A stretch of DNA of 64,000 nt from Octopus sinensis (Eukaryota). The DNA lies in the NCBI RefSeq assembly GCF_006345805.1, contig NC_043003.1:98146001-98210000 (forward strand). Reading direction: 5' to 3'. Shown piece after piece: positions 41,058 to 52,559 of this stretch. Position numbers and translations under genes: made by a program. Under the pieces are notes generated by a model. It had not been told where the DNA came from. It ran no database searches and saw only the letters and a list, made by a program, of their open reading frames with translations. Numbering within the stretch: position 1 is the stretch's first letter; the number at the start of each line of letters is the position of its first letter.

Positions 41058-42250
41058 TCAAGTATTAATGATGACGACTGTCCACTAGTTTGGAAATGCT
41101 TACTCTTTTAAAGGATGGGAAAATGCGTCAAGGATATAAAGAAATAAAAGACCGTTTCCCATTGTTGTAAGGAGTAAATGCCACGGGAGGGTTGAAATTT
41201 ACTTGTTTACTATTTTAATACTCCAAGAACAATGAAAGATATCTCCAGTCTAGTCTACCTATTATATGGAAAACTTACAGAAAATCTTAGCTTACTCAGC
41301 ATGTTCATGGAATGATATCTTTTTACTTTTTACTTGTTTCAATCACTGGGCTGCGGTCATGCTGGGACACCCGGTTTGTTTGACATTTTTACCCTGGTTG
41401 TCAAACGTTGCTAGAGGAATAGTTTCGAGCCCAAATCACTTCTGCTTTTGGACAATGCTCTCGATCGTACTCCAAACCTAAATTCTCTCGAAACATACGT
41501 ACCTATTGAAGTTATTCTCAATGCACCAAATAAAATTCCACTTTTACAGCTTAGGCGTAAGTGTGGTATTTCAGTTTTTAAGGCATATTAGCCAACAAGA
41601 ATGTGTAAGTCAGTTGATTATAACGATTGATGATAAGCACAATTCGTCAAAAAATTCTGGAAAAATTACATTATGCAGACAACACAACTTACCAAAGATG
41701 TCTGAGACGTAACTGTTGCTGAGGAAGGGCAATGCACGCTGAAATTACGTGATGAAACAATTTCACCACTGGTGCTTGGCATTTCTCATCCACTACTAAT
41801 ATCTCAGTGATTTTGTACACTAGACACTTATACGAGATACTTTCTCAAGGAGAATACTGTAGTAATACGGCGCTCCTATAATACATCTGCGTTAAATGGG
41901 ATAGAAAGGTTGCCATTCGATACTAATAATGTTTCCGTTGCTGATATCTAATTATTAAATATTTATGTTTCATTAGGGTTTGAAAATAATTATGTCCAAA
42001 TGAAAGACCATATGATAGAAGAGGAACAATCTTTACCAGCGATAGCCTTGTATTAATAGAACAGGAAGTAGGAGTTGAAGAAGTGGATACAAGTAATATT
42101 CAGGACTCCTTGTATGCAAATAATGAGATCCCCACCTTTACCTTTAATCACTTTTAGGTGTTAATAAAACTACAAATTCAGAGAGCGAAGAGACTGATGC
42201 ACAGTAAAAAAAAAAAATTAAAATAAAAAATACAAAAATGGTGAAATAAC
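41058..42250 (+). mobile_element. Tigger/pogo-type DDE transposase remnant
   Basis: GYKEIKDRFPLL*GVNATG, SLPIIWKTYRK, LLLLDNA, IEVILNAPNKIPLLQ, FKAY, KFWKNY follow the Tigger motif order (GFKxxKDRLTLLLGxNA; LLLDNAPGH; LPPNTTSLIQPMD). The 3' boundary is uncertain. Confidence 0.7.
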
Positions 42251-42319
42251 TCGCGATTTAGAGTGACTTTCAGTAAAGGATCAAAATTTTGAACGAAGCA
42301 TGAATTTCAATATATTTAA

Positions 42320-42635
42320 CTGGCATTTCGTCAGTTACGACGACGAGGATTCTAGGTGAAACGATTAATAGAGCAACCTGCTTCCGAAACTAACGTGCAG
42401 ATGGCTGAGTACTCCACAGTCACGCGTACCCTTAACGTAGTTGTCAAGGAGGTGCAGCGTGACACAGAATGCGACAAAGCTATCCTTTTTGAATTATAGG
42501 TACTGCTGATTTTTGCCAGCTGGGTGGACTGGAGCAACGTGAAATAAAATGTCTTGCTCAAGGACACACCGCGCCGTCTGGAATCGAACTGAGGACTTTA
42601 CGATCGGGAGCCGATTACCTTAACCATAAGCCATT
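42320..42635 (-). mobile_element. tRNA/CORE-like SINE with RTE-type tail
   Basis: GTGTCCTTGAGCAAGACA...CCAGTCCACCCAGCTG body; tail shared with 60050-60237. Confidence 0.75.
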
Positions 42636-42961
42636 TATAATGGCAGAGATGAAAAATTAGATCGTTCGCAACAAGACAAAGCAGCCAAAACTTTAACGCA
42701 TTGTTTTAGAATGAAAATAAAAATCTAACAGAACCAGTATTACGCCATATTTATTTCTATTGTCTCGTGATTTTTTTTTTTACTTGTTGTGTAAACTGAA
42801 GGAAGTATGTATATATGGGTTTTCATTGAACTGCAGATAGCTTTATTAAAAAGTATTTCCTTCAACACACACGTATAAATAGACATACATATACACATAT
42901 ATACACATACACACACACACACACGCGCAAGCACAAACTCTCTCTTTTCTCTCCCTCTCTT

Positions 42962-42998
<37 letters not shown>

Positions 42999-43278
42999 TA
43001 TATGTTTGTTTTCACGTGAGGTTATATATAAATTTACTCAACAATAAACTGAAAGATTACTCAACACTTTTTTGTAGAGTATATATTTATTTATTCTTAA
43101 AAGGAAAAGACTTAGCTTTCAAGAATGTTTAAATCGGTTGAATACAATAGCTAACGATAATGATTACAACGACACTATTACAGTTACACATCAATTTACA
43201 TTCAGTGACGTCGAAGTTTCCGCTTGCATACAGTTATCAAGCTGAAACTTTGAAGTCACTGTCGAATTTTTCCTTATA

Positions 43279-43390
<112 letters not shown>

Positions 43391-43572
43391 GAAAAAAAAA
43401 CAACAACCAAAAGACGAAGACAGGTGGTGTACAAAACAAACAGATGTATTAGTATAACGCTCAGGAATAGAAAAAGTCTTTTACGTTTCGAGCCTACGCT
43501 CTTCTACAGAAAGGGACACAGAAAAAAACAAGGAGAGAAAAAAATGTGTGTAGTGGCTAACGATCTATCATG
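43391..43572 (-). mobile_element. HHR-bearing element family E, best-preserved copy
   Basis: Minus strand 43478-43513 reads CTTT CTGTAGA A GAGC GTAG GCTC GAA ACGT A AAAG. Confidence 0.7.
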
Positions 43573-43577
43573 GAGAC

Positions 43578-43616
<39 letters not shown>

Positions 43617-44429
43617 ACACACACACACACACATATCAGTGTGTGTGTGTGTTTTTGTGTGAGTGTGTATGTATATATATGCTTGTAATTTATGATTTCA
43701 ATGGAGGCAATAGCAACAGAAAACTAGTGGTACATGCAATGTTCCTCTAGTTTTCTACTGGTATTGTCTCCATTGAAACCACAAATTGGAAATTAGCTCA
43801 ATTAGAGTGCTTTATTTCTAGCCTGTTTCTGGGTATTGTTAAACTTAACAACCTCTACTTAAAATTGTATAATTTATATATGCTTGTATGCATATATACA
43901 TGTTCGTATGTGTATGGGGATATTCGAGATCTACTGTATCTCAAATAAGTGTGTATTTTGTTCAGTAGTGAAAAGAACTTATTTGCATACAATGATATAC
44001 CACCGTGTGATATCGAAGTTTCTAATATCAAAATAACGCGTGTGCGTGCACATACACACACATACACACACACATATATATCTATATCGTGTGTTAAGTT
44101 TAGAGCTCCATGTAGATCATAATCGTGTAGCCTACTTGGTTAAACACAACTGTTATACTTAGTAGTATTAAAAGTTATAATAGGCAGAGCAAATATAGGA
44201 GAAATTACGATAAACACAAGTATATATAACTTGCACCTACGTACGCTTCATGGTTGTTCTATGGTTGTCAGAACTCTGCAGTGGATGTTCTAAGTGCAAT
44301 TGGATGCTTAACCACAAAGAGTTCCCTGATGATCTGGTGTGCATCGTAATTTTCCTATCTATCTGCCTGCCTGTCTGCCTGCCTGTCTGTCTGTCTGTCT
44401 GTCAGTCTGTCTGTCTATCTGTCTGTCTA

Positions 44430-44472
<43 letters not shown>

Positions 44473-45642
44473 TCTCTCTCTCTCGCTATCTATCTATCTG
44501 TCTATCTCTCTATCTATCTACCTTTTACCAATTCAAATGTGCTTGAGATACATTCGGATCGGCAAGGAACACATTCACTATATTTTGTTATGCAAGAAAA
44601 TTATTGCATTCACTACCCAAATTGATCGACGCAAACATTTCGGGGCAGTTATCTCTTCGGCAACATCAAACGCTAGAAAAGGTGACACTAAGAATTGACA
44701 AGGAGAAAACGGCTCTCTCTTATTCTCTCTTATTATATTCCACTCATTGTACTGTGATTGGTTGCACTAATCGTAGGTCTGGCTGTTATATAATACAGAT
44801 TAGGAACGCTAAGCAGTGATGTACACACACACGTGTGTGTATATGTATGAACATGCGTTCAAAATATTGTCGAACGTAATGAGACGGAATTGTATGTCAA
44901 TTACAATGGGGCTTGGAACCAGAGCATAAAAAACAAACAAAAAGCAGAAACATAAAAAGCAAAACAAAACAAAAGAATTGGAACTCAGCAACGTTATTCT
45001 GTTAATTTCTTTCTCTATATTGTCTCTTAATTGACCGCCATTACAATTTTTTATGTAATCATGTTTTGATTTGATATACTTTTATATAGTTCAATAATGT
45101 TTCCTCCGTATGTGCGTATATGTGTATGCGTACAGGTGAATGTGTCTGTATATGTGTGTATCTGTTTGTCTGTGTGTATTATTTATTTATTTATTTATTT
45201 ATTTATCTCTCCTTGATACAATGTCCCTGTTACACTTCTCTTCTGGCAATCACTGATCTTATCATGATATTATATCGATAATTGATAAAACTTCAACCAC
45301 TTACACTTTGAACACTTTCGTGTTAGTTTTTTATTATTATTATTTCATTTTATTTTATTTTTATTATAGATTTTTTAGTTTGGTGTGCTTCGCCACGCAT
45401 ACACACATACAAACACATATATAATGCGCATACAAATATATCCAGACATTTATGCTCACATACACATATACATTCAATTGTGATCCTTCAATTCACACTT
45501 TTATATAACAACGAAGAGTCAAACCCTTCGTCCCCTACTCCATCCCTACTACACTTTTATCCTCTAGCTTTTTCCTTTACCCCACTTCTTTTTCTTACCT
45601 TACACCTTTCTCCCTTCTCCAAAATATCATTATTATTATTAC

Positions 45643-45699
<57 letters not shown>

Positions 45700-46051
45700 G
45701 ACGAGTAGAAGTAGTGGTTGAGCATCATAGCCGTATGTAGAGAGGAATTCTTTAGGATTTGAATAATTCGCCTCAGGAAACATGGATGTTTCGTTCAACA
45801 TCCTTAAACAACTCTTATTCTGGGACCGTTTTAGTGGGATGGGGTACTCGACCTGAAGAAAATTCTAACTGCCACTCTTCTGCATGGTCATGCGCTGTTT
45901 ATCTTGATATGAGATCACCATGTCGTGCACTTATGGTTGTGATGCATGTGTCTGGTGTACCCATATCAGACGGGTCGTCATGATGGATATATTGGGCTTC
46001 ATATATTTTACCCCAGTGTCACTTTGATGGTATGTACTGCTCTCTCACTCA
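45700..46051 (-). mobile_element. (AAT)n-embedded non-coding element, longer form
   Basis: Shares its terminus with 27911-28010. Confidence 0.6.
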
Positions 46052-46065
46052 ATAATAATAATAAT

Positions 46066-46337
46066 AATTTCTTTACTGCCCACAAGGGGCTAAACATAAA
46101 GGGGGCAAACAAGGACAGACAAAGGAATTAAGTCGATTACATCCACCCCAGTGGAAAACGGGTACTTTATTTAACGACCCCGAAAGGATGAAAGGCAAAG
46201 TCGACCTCGGCGGAATTCTGAGTTCAAATTCAGCCGAGGTCGACTTTGCCTTTCATCCTATCGACCCCGTAACAGCAGACGAAATACGGCTACGCATTTC
46301 GCCCGGCGTGCTAACGTTTCTGCCAGCTCACCGCCTT
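46066..46337 (-). mobile_element. SINE family A with internal inverted duplication
   Basis: Hairpin at 46185-46259 formed from SINE body sequence. Confidence 0.85.
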
Positions 46338-46812
46338 TTCGTCCATTACCTTTTCTGGTGTATGTTGGCACCAAACACTCGTTGCCTCATGTCCATGCTT
46401 CCGGCATGGTAACCAGTGAAGGTTCTGCGCTACCTTGTCGTGTCTGCACTTGTACGCTTTCTGTGTTAGACCTTCACAAGCACTAACAATGTGACTAACA
46501 AAGTCCTCTTCTCACACATTCTGTAGAGGTTCGTTGCACTTGTGTGGTATATATTTCTTTTCAATGCCTGGGCAGCGATGGTTATACTTTCATTCTTCTT
46601 TTTTAGGTCACCCTTGCTGAGCCACCGCCATGGTGCTTCTTAATCTTTTAAGTTGTTAGTTTCACGCAGGAACTCACCATGTAATTCCATACGGAGTAGA
46701 GTTTCTCCTCTCTTGTTGACTATTCGTGATCGGAATTGATTAGCACTTTCAAGTCCATTTTTGATAAATCCTTCTGCATTAGCAACATACTGAAGCAGGT
46801 CTTGTTTGCTTT
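46338..46812 (-). mobile_element. R4/Dong-like (RLE) LINE fragment, pre-zinc-knuckle region
   Basis: MELHGEFLRETNNLKD*EAPWRWLSKGDLK...IAAQ matches the LHGQF..SWxWL..G.LK.ETE..I.AAQDQ pattern. Confidence 0.75.
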
Positions 46813-46814
46813 TT

Positions 46815-46848
46815 ACCAAAAGATTCCGAGTTCGATTCCAGAGAGTGA

Positions 46849-46883
<35 letters not shown>

Positions 46884-47050
46884 GTAATAACATTGAAAAA
46901 TACCTTAGGAATGAGAATCCAGGTTCGAAATTTCCCCAAAACACCTGATGAAGGCTGGAGGGTATATCAGCTGAAACGTTGTGTTAACAACAAAGAAGAC
47001 GAGAACAAATATCCGTCAAATGTAAATAATATAAATAATGTAAATAATAT
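46815..47050 (+). mobile_element. Element with tRNA-like B-box, (AAT)n and a minimal hammerhead ribozyme
   Basis: GAGTTCGATTCC near 46828-46839; HHR at 46940-46985 reads AACAC CTGATGA A GGCTG..CAGCT GAA ACGT T GTGTT. Confidence 0.7.
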
Positions 47051-47051
47051 A

Positions 47052-47600
47052 ATAAAGATTCTTTGGGACTTTCAAGTAAGTACAGACCGGACCATGAAAG
47101 CAAATAAACCAGAAATTGTTGTGAAAAGTCTGTTTACTGGTTGACATGAGCATAGCCTGTGACCATAATATCTCGGCAAAAGAATTTGGTAAGCTCAGAG
47201 AAAATACAAAGATTTGCTAATCGAAATCGAAAAAGCGTGGCACCGCAAGACGGTAGGAGCACTTGGAATGATGAAAAATGGAATGATCCCTGGCTTACCA
47301 TCCATGCAGGAAGTGCAAAAGACTGTCTTAACTGGTACGTCACACGTACTTAGAAGAGCATTGTCACCGTGAATTTTCTTTCCTTTTCCCCTATATTTTC
47401 TTTGTTTACTTTTATTTTTTTTCAACTTTTCCTTTTTCTCTCTGTCTTTCTTCCCCTTTTTCTCTATCACATGACTTTGTAATTGAACAATCTGGTGTGT
47501 ATATTTTAATGGCCTACCAATATATAAAGTGCGTGTCTCTGCCCTAGGTGTCAGGAAGACACTCGGCAACAGATGGAAACAGAATTGAAAATTGAAAATG
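47052..47600 (+). mobile_element. R4/Dong-like LINE 3' end (restriction-like endonuclease), ending in (AAT)n
   Basis: KILWDFQVSTDRTMKANKPEIVV..LLVDMSI..KYKDLLIEIEKAW..VGALG..VQKTVLTGTSHVLRRAL*. Confidence 0.85.
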
Positions 47601-47602
47601 AA

Positions 47603-47648
<46 letters not shown>

Positions 47649-47959
47649 TTATAATTATAATAATAATTGCCAAGGTCGATTATGGAAAGCGGATGTTACG
47701 TAATGAAATATTGTACTTAAGTGAGTAAAATTTCGACACAAGGCCAGCAATTTCGGGAGAGGTGGTAAGTCAATTGCATCGACTCCAGTGCTCAGCTGGT
47801 ACTTATTTTATCGACCCCGAGAGGACGAAAGGCAAAGATGACCTCGGCGGAATTTGAACTCAGAACGTAAAGAGTTGGATGAAATGGTGCTAAGAATTTT
47901 GTCCGGTGCGCTAACGATTCTGCTTGTTCGTCTAACAATAATGATAATAATTTAATAAA

Positions 47960-47975
47960 GATGATAGACGATGAC

Positions 47976-48028
<53 letters not shown>

Positions 48029-48140
48029 GGATGATGATGATGACGACGATGACGATGATGATGATAGTGAGGATGATGGTGATGATAGGGATAATGATGA
48101 AAATGATCATGATAAGAATATTGATAATTATAATTATCAT
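47960..48140. repeat. (GAT)n microsatellite
   Basis: Directly visible. Confidence 0.95.
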
Positions 48141-48674
48141 AATTATAAATATAATTGCCAAGGTCGATTATGGAAAGCGGATGTCACGCGATGAAATATT
48201 GCACTTTAGTGAGTAAAATTTAGTTGAATTGTTTCATAGCAATGAAAGAAACTTTAATTCAGGAAAACTAAGATCAGACAAAAAGCCTTGGTTTTTTTGG
48301 TTAAAAGGTTTCGTAATCTACAAGGAATATCATGATGAAACTAAAGATTTCGAGTTGTGACAGCAAGCAAGAGATTGTTTGCGGGGATTAGTAAAGGATT
48401 TAGAGGCGTTCGTGATAAGTGGGTGGTTACAACAGATCATTTCACAACCAGGTAGTTCCTGGTTCGTTCTCAATGGGGAAATTTGTTGAAATGTCTTCAA
48501 ACATTTCTAAGTGTGAACAATGCAGAAACTTTCTCAGTCACATGATTCGGGTTTCAGTTCCACTGCGTGGCACCTTGGGCAAGTGTCTTCTGCTATAGTC
48601 TCGGGCCAACCAAAGCCTTGTTAGTAGATTTGGTGGAAACTGAAAGAATCCCACTGTATAATTATATATATAAA

Positions 48675-49186
48675 CTAGCAGTATCGCCCGGTGTTGCTCG
48701 GGTTTGTAAGGGAAATAACTATATAAGCATTTTTAGAGAGTTACTTCCCTTATAGATGCCAATTCGGGCTTTCTTAGCCATTTCTGTTTTGGTGTCTTCA
48801 AGCCATGAAGTCGTTGTTCTAAAAGAACGCTGGTCTCCTTGACAACGCTTTACGACGTTGATTTCCTTACACTCCCTTCCCCACAGCTTCACGAGGGAGG
48901 GAAGAAGGGGAGAAGCAAACAGGTGCAGGTGTGACCATGGACGCCAACTACGCCGCCATCGACACACGAAAAATTATGCATTAAAATGGAATAAAAAATG
49001 ATGATAAATTATTTAAAAAATCGTAGACTCATCGTAGACCCGCGCTAATACCCAGACGGGCTCGATATGAATCACGACTATAAGATACCCGAATTTGGTT
49101 AAACTGCACCGCAAAATGTGGGAGTAGTTAGGAATCTAAATCGAAGGGGACAGACACTCACACAACTACAGTTTTATATATATAGA
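48675..49186 (-). mobile_element. Non-autonomous Helitron, complete
   Basis: On the minus strand it reads A|TC...CCCGAGCAACACCGGG hairpin...CTAG|T, with no TSD. It sits between the 5' half (~48530-48660) and 3' half (~49260-49500) of a SINE B. Confidence 0.8.
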
Positions 49187-49537
49187 TGTGTGTGTGTCTG
49201 TGTGTGTGAGAGTGTATGTGCGTATGTGTGCGCGTGTATGTGTGTGCATGTGTGTAGTGTGTGTGTGTATGCGTGTTTATCTTTGTGTTTGTGTTTGTTC
49301 CTCGACTTACCGATAGACAACCGGTGGTGGTGTACTTACATCCCAGTAACTTAGCGGTTCGGAAAAGACCCCAATATAATAAGCACCAGGCTTAAAAAAA
49401 ATAAGTACTGGGTCGATACATTCAACTTCTAATTTTTCAAGGCAGTGCCCCAGCATGACCGCAGTCTAATAACTGAAACAAGTAAAAGATAAACGATAAA
49501 TGATGCACACATATGAATATATATATGTGTGTATACG

Positions 49538-49615
<78 letters not shown>

Positions 49616-49644
49616 ATATATTATATATATATATATATATATAC

Positions 49645-49677
<33 letters not shown>

Positions 49678-49849
49678 TATACGTATATATATAATAATTA
49701 TAAGTGTTTCAAGTTTTGCCACAAGGGCAGCAATTTGGGAGGAAGGGATAAGTTGATTTCATCGACCCCAGTGTTCAACGGGTACTTATTTTATCGACTC
49801 CGAAAGGATCGAAGGCAAAGTCGACCTCGGCGGAATGAAAATAATAATA

Positions 49850-49885
<36 letters not shown>

Positions 49886-49886
49886 T

Positions 49887-50326
49887 GATATAAACGTATC
49901 TGTCAAGACCTACCAGAAACTGAGCAAATATAAAGATCTTGAAATAGAAATCAGCAAAATGTGGAACCTGAAGACTAAAACAATACCTGTTGTCATAGGT
50001 GCCTTGGGAATGATAGCAAAAGGGGCTGATTGCTACCTAACTCAGATACCAGGAAACCCAAAAATGGCTGAAATTCAAAAGATAGTGCTCATGGGAACTG
50101 CTCATATCCTACGCAAAATACCTTCTATGTAATCTCAAGTTTTAAAACAAACATAATTTTCGTATGTTTTTTTTTAGACATTTACTAGTACAACACTAAA
50201 TACAAAACTAAATATATGGCACACTAGGCATAACAACAACATGAACTTCCAACCTGTTGTCTCTTGAGGACTCTGGGTGAGACTTGGAGCCAACTTGTAA
50301 AAATATAAAGCAAAAGTCAAACATAG
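49887..50326 (+). mobile_element. R4/Dong-like LINE, 5'-truncated, inserted in (AAT)n
   Basis: Open frame 49887-50132 reads DINVSVKTYQKLSKYKDLEIEISKMWNLKTKTIPVVIGALG...IQKIVLMGTAHILRK*; AAT repeats on both sides. Confidence 0.9.
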
Positions 50327-50339
50327 AATAATAATAATA

Positions 50340-50370
<31 letters not shown>

Positions 50371-51559
50371 GAAAACTCTTTTATGGTGGAAAGAGGATGT
50401 CATATGATAAAATATGTCACCTTCGGAAAGTGGAACTTAGCAAAATTGTTGGCTATATAGTAATGTAAAAATATTTTTTACAGGAAAACTAAGATGAAAC
50501 GAATAGCTTCGTTTGTTGGGTTAAAAGGTTTCCTAATCTGGAAGGAAAGCCATAATGAACCTAAGAAACTTGAGTACTGGCTGAGGTGATGATGGTAGAT
50601 TAGTGTATTATGTGGTATTAACGTAAAATATGTTGGCCTTGGTGGTGAGTGGTTGATGCGGTGGGGAATATTGGTGAATGTTAGAGAATTATTTGCGTTT
50701 TAGGTGATAGTGGTTACAGAATTACAGAATTTGATATTAAGAGGAGAGACCTGTCATGGTAGTCGTGATGTCACCGGTGGCGATGATAATGATCGTGGTC
50801 GTCATCATCATCATCATCATCATCGTCATCATTGTCGTCTTCAATTCTTTAGGCAGGAAGTAATGTTAGAGTGTTCACTTGATCCACCTCACTCAACTTC
50901 GGTGCCCAACACTTACGAACTATTTCCTTCCACGTCAGATAGCCTTATATATATATATATATTTATTATTTATGTTTTTAGTTTATCCTGAGCTTTCAGG
51001 ATTATTTTCAGCCAGATGTTATCCAGTGCATTTTTCTGGAACATCTTTATGGACGTATACATGTAAATAGTCTTGTGTGTTCACTTGAATGATCCATTCA
51101 ACAACCCATTTGGTCCTTACACCGTATGGCTTGCATAATTGCTGTTTTTAGAATTATTCGGAAAATACTCGCTTATCAAAAGCAAATCCGTCGTGTGTGA
51201 TCATTCTGAGAACAATTAGTATCGTTTAGATCCATACTGATCCTGACTAGGCAAGAATATGCTGGAAAATATTCCAGCTACGATCAACCCGACATAATTT
51301 CAAGTATAGTCTACTTAGGACCAATATGTATGTGTTAAAGACTGTTGGATATTTGGCTGCTTTTTCTAGCAGTTGTTGAGTCGGCACTGAGGCTCCCACG
51401 TTGAAATTGGATGGTTAGTCTTCTGCTGTCCTGCTTGCAGTGAGTGGCAAAACAGTAGGGCTCTTGTCTAATATCTTTGTCCTACAACGTTCATTTCTTT
51501 CCAAAGTTCAAATCCCACCTAGATCAAATTTATGTTATCTTTTGATAGTCTGAAACAAT

Positions 51560-51825
51560 GTGATCACGTGACCGATCAGACTATCAGAAGTTGTTACACA
51601 TCGCTGGTCACAATGCGCTTTGCATCGTTTTAGCCTTCGAATGACGCTACTCCGCTGGTTAGGCGAGCATGCCAACATTTCGATCAACCCCACTGATCAA
51701 AAGGGGGACTGTAGCAACGTAAAATGAAGTGTTCTGCTAGAAAACACAACGCACCGCCCGGAATCGAACCCACGATCTAACGATGGTGAGTACAACAGCC
51801 TAACCACTAGGCCACATGCCTTCAT
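51560..51825 (-). mobile_element. tRNA/CORE-like SINE with CACGTGA tail
   Basis: Head and body resemble 42320-42635; tail resembles 3250-3358. Confidence 0.7.
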
Positions 51826-52559
51826 ATAAAACAATGTATCAGTAAAAAATGTAGGCTAATCTACTCAAACTACATGTTTCTCTCAAATCAGTACTTATGT
51901 GCCTATTTCAGCAAAAATTATAACAATTGTTATTTGTGTGGTCCTTCGCCGTTAGCGAGCTAGGGATTATCTTTGGTCTATTTTTTATTTACTGAATGAG
52001 ATACAAATATATGAAAACTGATGCAGAATATGAGATAAGCTCTTTGAGAGCAGGAGCACCAGTAATATTCTCAGTGAATTCGATCTACTCCTATCTTAGT
52101 AAACAATGATTCTGTTTACGTTTTTGGATTTGGTTTGCAAGATTCTTTATATGAGTTCGTGTATTGAAGCATATTTTACCGGTGAGTGTGTTAAAATATA
52201 AGACACAAAAAGAAAATGATTCTCCCCAGACACAACAGAATGAGTCTGTTGTTCCTCTTCTCACGAGACTTTTAATTTCATAGAAAAGAATAGAAGTTTA
52301 ATTGGTTGAAAGGACAGGACAAGGAGTACAAGAGAAGACTTTGTTTCTTTCGTTCCGATCTCATGGCATCCACGCTTGAATGACTTTTATCTACGTCTTG
52401 TGTTTAACTTCCATCGCTGTCCACTTGATTTTTCATCATATTTCTTATGTCATGTAAAACAAGTAAAAAATAACTTATTCTTGGGCCATTACTTGCCAAC
52501 TACTAAAATCATACTCATAGCTATTTATGTACCATGTTTAATATATATACACCGTTGGC

